A stretch of 64,000 bases of DNA, taken from the human T2T-CHM13v2.0 reference genome, Homo sapiens. The translations under genes and the position numbers were made by a program. Positions 58,807 through 64,000 of the stretch are shown here, piece by piece; the first letter of the stretch is position 1, and each line of letters starts with the position of its first letter. The stretch lies in the NCBI RefSeq assembly GCF_009914755.1, contig NC_060926.1; one strand, written 5' to 3'. Under the pieces are notes generated by a model. The model was given only the letters and a program-made list of their open reading frames with translations, ran no database searches and was not told the origin of the DNA.

Positions 58807-59387
58807 ATGGGCTGGAAGGGCAGGGTTACAGCCCGTGGGTCGTTCTGAGGTCACTGAAGTAACCCAAGCCCATGAGGCAAAGCCTCCCGGGACACTGGTG
58901 TCAGAGTGTGGAGGAAGCTGACTCAGTGACTGCCCTCAGAGGCCTGGAGCAGTCCCTGCAAAAGACCTGTGGATTGGGTGGACGTGGCGGGCAGGGGAGG
59001 GAGGAGCTCTGAGACCAGCCCTGCAGTTCTGGTTGGAGGAAATGGAGGGCAGGCAGTGGTCACTGGACGGCGAGGAGGAAGGGGTGTTTCTGCCAATTGT
59101 CTTGGGTGTGCCGGGTGCCCCCATGCTGCGTCTAGGTAGGGGCCTCAGCAGGCTGTTGGAGGTGAGGCTAAGACGCAGACTGGAAGTGACTGGAAATAAA
59201 GCTGTCAGCATGTGGTTTATGGGTAAAACCACAAGAGATAAGATCACCCAAAGGGAGTGGCCCCAAAAGCTGGGGCAGAAGGGCTTGCCTTATTCTCCTG
59301 GGAGCATTGCTACCCTGGCAGAGGAGGGGCCTTGGGGCTGTGGGGGCAGCAGGAGGCCGGGGCCACGTGTGCTGTGTAGAGAGTTCT

Positions 59388-59447
59388 TGTGTAACAAACC
59401 TGCACACTGTGTACATGTACCCTAGAACTTAAAGTATTAAAAAAAAA
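59388..59447 (+). mobile_element. Extreme 3' tip of an L1PA with A tail
   Basis: TGTAACAAACCTGCAC..TGTG.ACATGTACCCTAGAACTTAAAGTA followed by poly(A). Confidence 0.8.
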
Positions 59448-61751
59448 GAGTCATAGAAAAGAGAAAAAAAAAAAAAGGAGTGGAGCCCAAGCCAGCCAGG
59501 CCCTGGCGTAGAAGACCTGTGAGACAAGGACTAAGAAATTTCATTGACATGAAACAAAAGGGGGATGATTGAAAGACAGCCAAACAGGAATCCTTTTTGA
59601 GGAGGACATCTGAACAGCCCTGGAAGAACGTCTCTGCCTGACACTCTTGCTGGCATCTGTGGGCTCTCTCTGTCCCGTGGACAGGACAATCAGAAGATGG
59701 GCTCCACTCCAGCTGCAACTCTGGTGACATTTAGCTGTGTGGCCTTGAGCCTGTGGCTTCACCCCTCTGGACTTGCGTCCTCACCCCTAAAGGGGAGCAA
59801 GATCTATGTATATTGGAGACTGAGTTCCAAGGGCTGCTGGGGGTGACGCGGACAGCAGTGTTTTGGGAGATCTGAGACTTGGAGGGTGGTAGGCACTGAC
59901 ACCACAGCCCAGGAGCTCTGCACCAGCTGTAGTGAGCTGAGGAGAGAAGGGGCACGTCGCTGAGCTCACACATCTTGGTGGAGGCAGAGTAAGATCTCAA
60001 ATAATCTGAGAAAACAGCTTTTGTACTTCTAACCAGTAAAGCTGTCCATGGAAAAAATGAGCAGCGTTAAACCTTCAGTGGGACGACTAACCTCCATACA
60101 CATCACAATTGACCGTGTTAAGCATCTACGTGTCTTTCTGTGTTTCTCTCTCTCTGAGCATTGCTCAATTATGGAATAAGAAGTCTGTAACCTCCCCTCA
60201 TGGTCCCTGCCCCCTTACTAATGTCACGGGCAGAGGAAACTGGAGGGTAGGGGAGAAGGCCACTTTGGGTCATGGGTAAAGAGAGAATAAGTCTTCATTA
60301 TACAATTGTTTTGTGATTAAAATCAGGAGAGTTGATTTAACACCAGAGAAGGGAGGGTGCATTCTGGAGAAGGTACGTTGATAAAGATCAGTGAACTCAG
60401 ATGCTTTGTAAAATACTCAAGCTAGCTGACCCCTCCTCAAGCCACTTTACACCATCAGAACAGGGGTGGGAGGTAGCCGGGCCCTGATTTCAGCAGTGTG
60501 TACTCGGAGTGCACTCCTGCTTCTATGTGGGTTCCTCTCGGGAGAGCCCCTGTCTGATGTAGTTTTTTGCCTGTGATGAGTGCCTCTCTGGGTAGAGTTC
60601 TTCCTCGGTGACTCTGGATGCCAGGAAGGGTGCTGGGCTCTCACCTACGATTTTACTGAGAAGCTGCTGCTTCTGGAATCCTACACCCAGACCGTGTGAC
60701 TCACCCTGTGAACTGCCACTGCTAGGACATCTAATGGGGGACATCGCTGCACAGTTGTACATCTAAGGATGGAGGGATGAGCTGGGATTTGCCCTGTGTT
60801 CAGGTTGCACGAGTTTGTTCCTTTTCTTTCTTCTGACATGGAAGCAGATGTTAGGAGTCCCGAGGAACCGGCATACAGAGTGGGGTCCACACAGAGCTGC
60901 GAATGTGGAACTGGGCTTCTACCGTGCCAGCGGCCACGTGAGCTGGGTGCCCATGTCCCATGGCTTGTTAACTTCCAAGTCTAGAATTTTCCCATGGCCA
61001 TGACTGCACCCATTCATGGGGGAGCTGGGGCAGGAACAGGTAAGACAGCCAAGCAGTCAGTCTGAAGAACGGAGCCTGTCAGCTGCTGGAGGAGGAACCC
61101 GGGGGACATCGTGAGGTCTGGTTCCCAGCTCAGCATCGGTGGGGAGTGAGTCGGGAGAGAGAGTGAACTGGGATCCACTAGGCACCTGCCCATCATTGCA
61201 TCTACTGTTGCCTCCCTGCCTGCTTCCAGGTCCTAACTACTTTCTCTCTGGCCAGCTCTAGCCCTGACTTAAAGGGAAGGGGATTAAAGGAAATAGCATT
61301 CTCAGCTTAGTGATCCCACCTTGAGGACAGTGTTTCCACACCTCACAGCATATCATTTATTTAGCTCCAAAACCACCCTCTGTGTTAAAACGGTGAGATC
61401 CACTTTGCAGAGGAGGAACCTGAGTCCAGGGGAGTTGGTCACTTGAGGGCGGTGCAGGGCTTATCCATGGAGAAGTGGCAGTGCACGCCCACCTGGCCGC
61501 AAAGCTTAAGTGCCTTGCTTCTGTGATACAGAAAGTCAGCAGAGAACACACAGCCCGAAGCCTGAGGTGGGGCAGAGCGTTTCCTGAAGGTGAGATGGCC
61601 AGCCATGCTCTGTAGGCTGATGGGTGCCCACCCTGCATGCTCACTGGAACCTCCTGCCCTCTCTAGCCAGTGCCCAAGGCAGGGTGAAACTGTGGGGTCA
61701 CATGCTTGTCTGATCATTTGCTAGGACCTGATTTAAATTGGCATACAAATA

Positions 61752-62195
61752 TATTTTTTTAAATTGTGGCAAAATATACATAACATAAAAATTTACCATT
61801 TTAGCCATTTGTAAGCAAACAGTTCAGTGGCATTAAGCACATTCTCATTGTTGTGAAACCATCACCACCATCCATCTTCAGAACTCTTTTCGTCTTCCCA
61901 AACCGAAATTCTGTCCCCATAAACACTTAACTCCCCATTCCTCCACCCTCCAGGCCCTGGCACCCACTCTTCTACTTTGTTTCTTTGAATTTGGCTGGAT
62001 TTAAGTGGAATTACACAGTATTTATCCTTTTGTGTTGGCTTATTTCACTCAGCACAGTGTCCTCTAGGCTCATTCATGCTGCAGTGTGTGTCAGATCTCC
62101 TTCCTCTTTAAGGCTAAATCCTATTCCATCGTACGGTCATCCACATCTTGTTTATTCATTCGTCTGCTCATGGACACTTGGGGTTGTTTTCTGTA
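61752..62195 (-). mobile_element. L1MB-type 3' fragment
   Basis: AAAATATACATAACATAAAAATTTACCATTTTAGCCATTT...CAGTTCAGTGGCATTAAGCACATTC...TGGACACTTGGG. Confidence 0.8.
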
Positions 62196-64000
62196 GACAA
62201 TATTCTGGGAGCAATCACTCTTTTAATAAAATTCTGTCTTCCATTGAACCTTTTGGGTATCTTTTATTATGGTTTTTCAAATACAGAGTCCTTGGAGAAC
62301 CTTGGTTGTTCTCTTTGTAGATACGTATTTGGAACTGCACTTACCATATCGTGAATGAGGCTACAGGTCAAATTCCCATCTGAACATCACCCTGATCTTG
62401 ACCTTAGTCTGCTCACCAGATGGTTTGTCTCAGCTCCAGGTTTATGGCCACGATTGGTAAATAGACTCACTCCACATCTTAGTAATAGGAAGAAGTCATC
62501 CCGGGCTTCCCCAGACTTCAAGTATCTTTAGAATGTTGAGCTTCCGGCAGATTTTTCTCTACCAGGACCTACCACATCCTGCATGTGTTATAAACAGAAT
62601 CAGTCCACCAGAATGAGAACAACCTGCCAGTGATGGGAATGAGATGAGGAAGCTCTCTCACCGGCTAGAAGACCAGATGTCCGAAGACCTTTTTGGGGGA
62701 GGGTGGGGTGTTGCCTAACACCAAATAACTATGGCCACTCAACTAATAGATCATTCTTCTCCCGCCTGCATCTGATTGCTGGCCTGGCTGTGGTGCTGGG
62801 CAGGCTGGACACCACCAGCTTCCCCCAGGCAGGGGAGCCCCCATCTCCCCCATACAGGGGATCTCTGTTGTGGCCTGGCACAAGGGAGCTGGCCCGGCTG
62901 TGGGTGGCCTTGCAAGACAGCTCAGCCAGGACCTTTCCCTCGAGGGCTCTGCCTTGCTCCTGCCGGTTGCCTTCCCACAGGTGTGCGGACTCGAGTTTGC
63001 TTGGATGGAACCAGGTGCCACAAGTGAAGCAAGTGGCAGACAGCTGCGGGGAGGGGTGCTGTGTTGTGGTAAGAGTAGTCAATAGAGGTTTTTGGAAACT
63101 GAGTAGAGACAGAAAACCATTGTCCTCTCCTTTTCTGTTCTATTAAAAAAAAAAAATCCTGCCTGGCCTCACCAGTTTCTGAGGCACGTGACAAAATTTA
63201 GTTTTCATCAGGGTCCTTCATGTGGCATGGCACAAAAAAAGACATTTCAGTATTTATTTGAAACTTTCTTGGCTCTCTTGCCCCCGTTTTTGTGGCTTAG
63301 AGGAAGGTGTGGATTTCTTCTACTTCACCAGAATTGTCCTTTCAATTCAAAATATGGGCTTCTGAGTTGCTGGATGAAATGTTCTAGAAACAGTCTTTGA
63401 GTGAAAATGTTATGCTTAACAAAACGAGCTTCAGTTTCCACTTCCTTTCTGCTATACAAACCTATGTGGTGCTGCTTATTAGGCAGAAATAGAAGAGCAG
63501 ATGGAAGGGTGTGTGGTACGGATGCCTTCTGACCACAAAATCAAACAATAGACCTTTTCATCTCTCGGTCAAAATACAGCCTCATCACCTCTCCTCTCAG
63601 CCAAAAAGCAACACAGAAATGCACAGTTTGGGCATAGGAGCAGGCCCTGCCGGCCAGCAGGAGTGAGGGAGGGTGGTGTTTTCTTGCCCTTTCATCATGG
63701 CTGGACTTTGGCACTTTGTTCTCTAAGTGAAAACAAAAATAGCCACTGACTTGGGCTCTGACTATATTTGCTGTTTCTTTAATGCTTCTCTTCCTTGCTA
63801 AAAATACATTAGAGGTGATTAATCAAACACACACACAAACACACAAACCCACAATCAATGCAATTAAAAATATATAGGTGGAGAAAGACAAGAACCAGGT
63901 GAGAGCCCTGCCTTCCCTGCACGGACCAGGCTTGTAGAGGGGTGTGTCTCTCTTCCTCACTGTTTCTGTTCTGGGATTATGCCTGTTATGGGCACTGACC

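Overview
Human genomic DNA (a near-consensus, human-specific AluYa5 sits at 7.9-8.2 kb). The window looks like deep intronic or intergenic euchromatin. I recognise no protein-coding exon, RNA gene or clear CpG-island promoter, and I cannot name the host gene. The listed ORFs are chance ORFs or derive from Alu, L1 or simple repeats. Interspersed repeats include about 16 Alus, MaLR LTRs (THE1/MST/MLT1), DNA-transposon fossils (MER1A, Tigger3, MER20, MER58, MER63-like), L1 fragments and MIRs. The outstanding feature is a perfectly pure (TGGAA)203 array (43826-44840, 1015 bp) that replaces the poly(A) tail of an AluY-type element and lies inside that Alu's target-site duplication. This is the SCA31/HSat3 pentamer in the 'Alu-tail motif switch plus expansion' architecture, but the locus shows no BEAN1/TK2 exons. 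Secondary observations are a second Alu tail converted to (AAGAG)n, a ~140-bp non-TE duplication bounded by splice-site-like signals, a closely spaced inverted Alu pair and an internally deleted L1PA 3' end.
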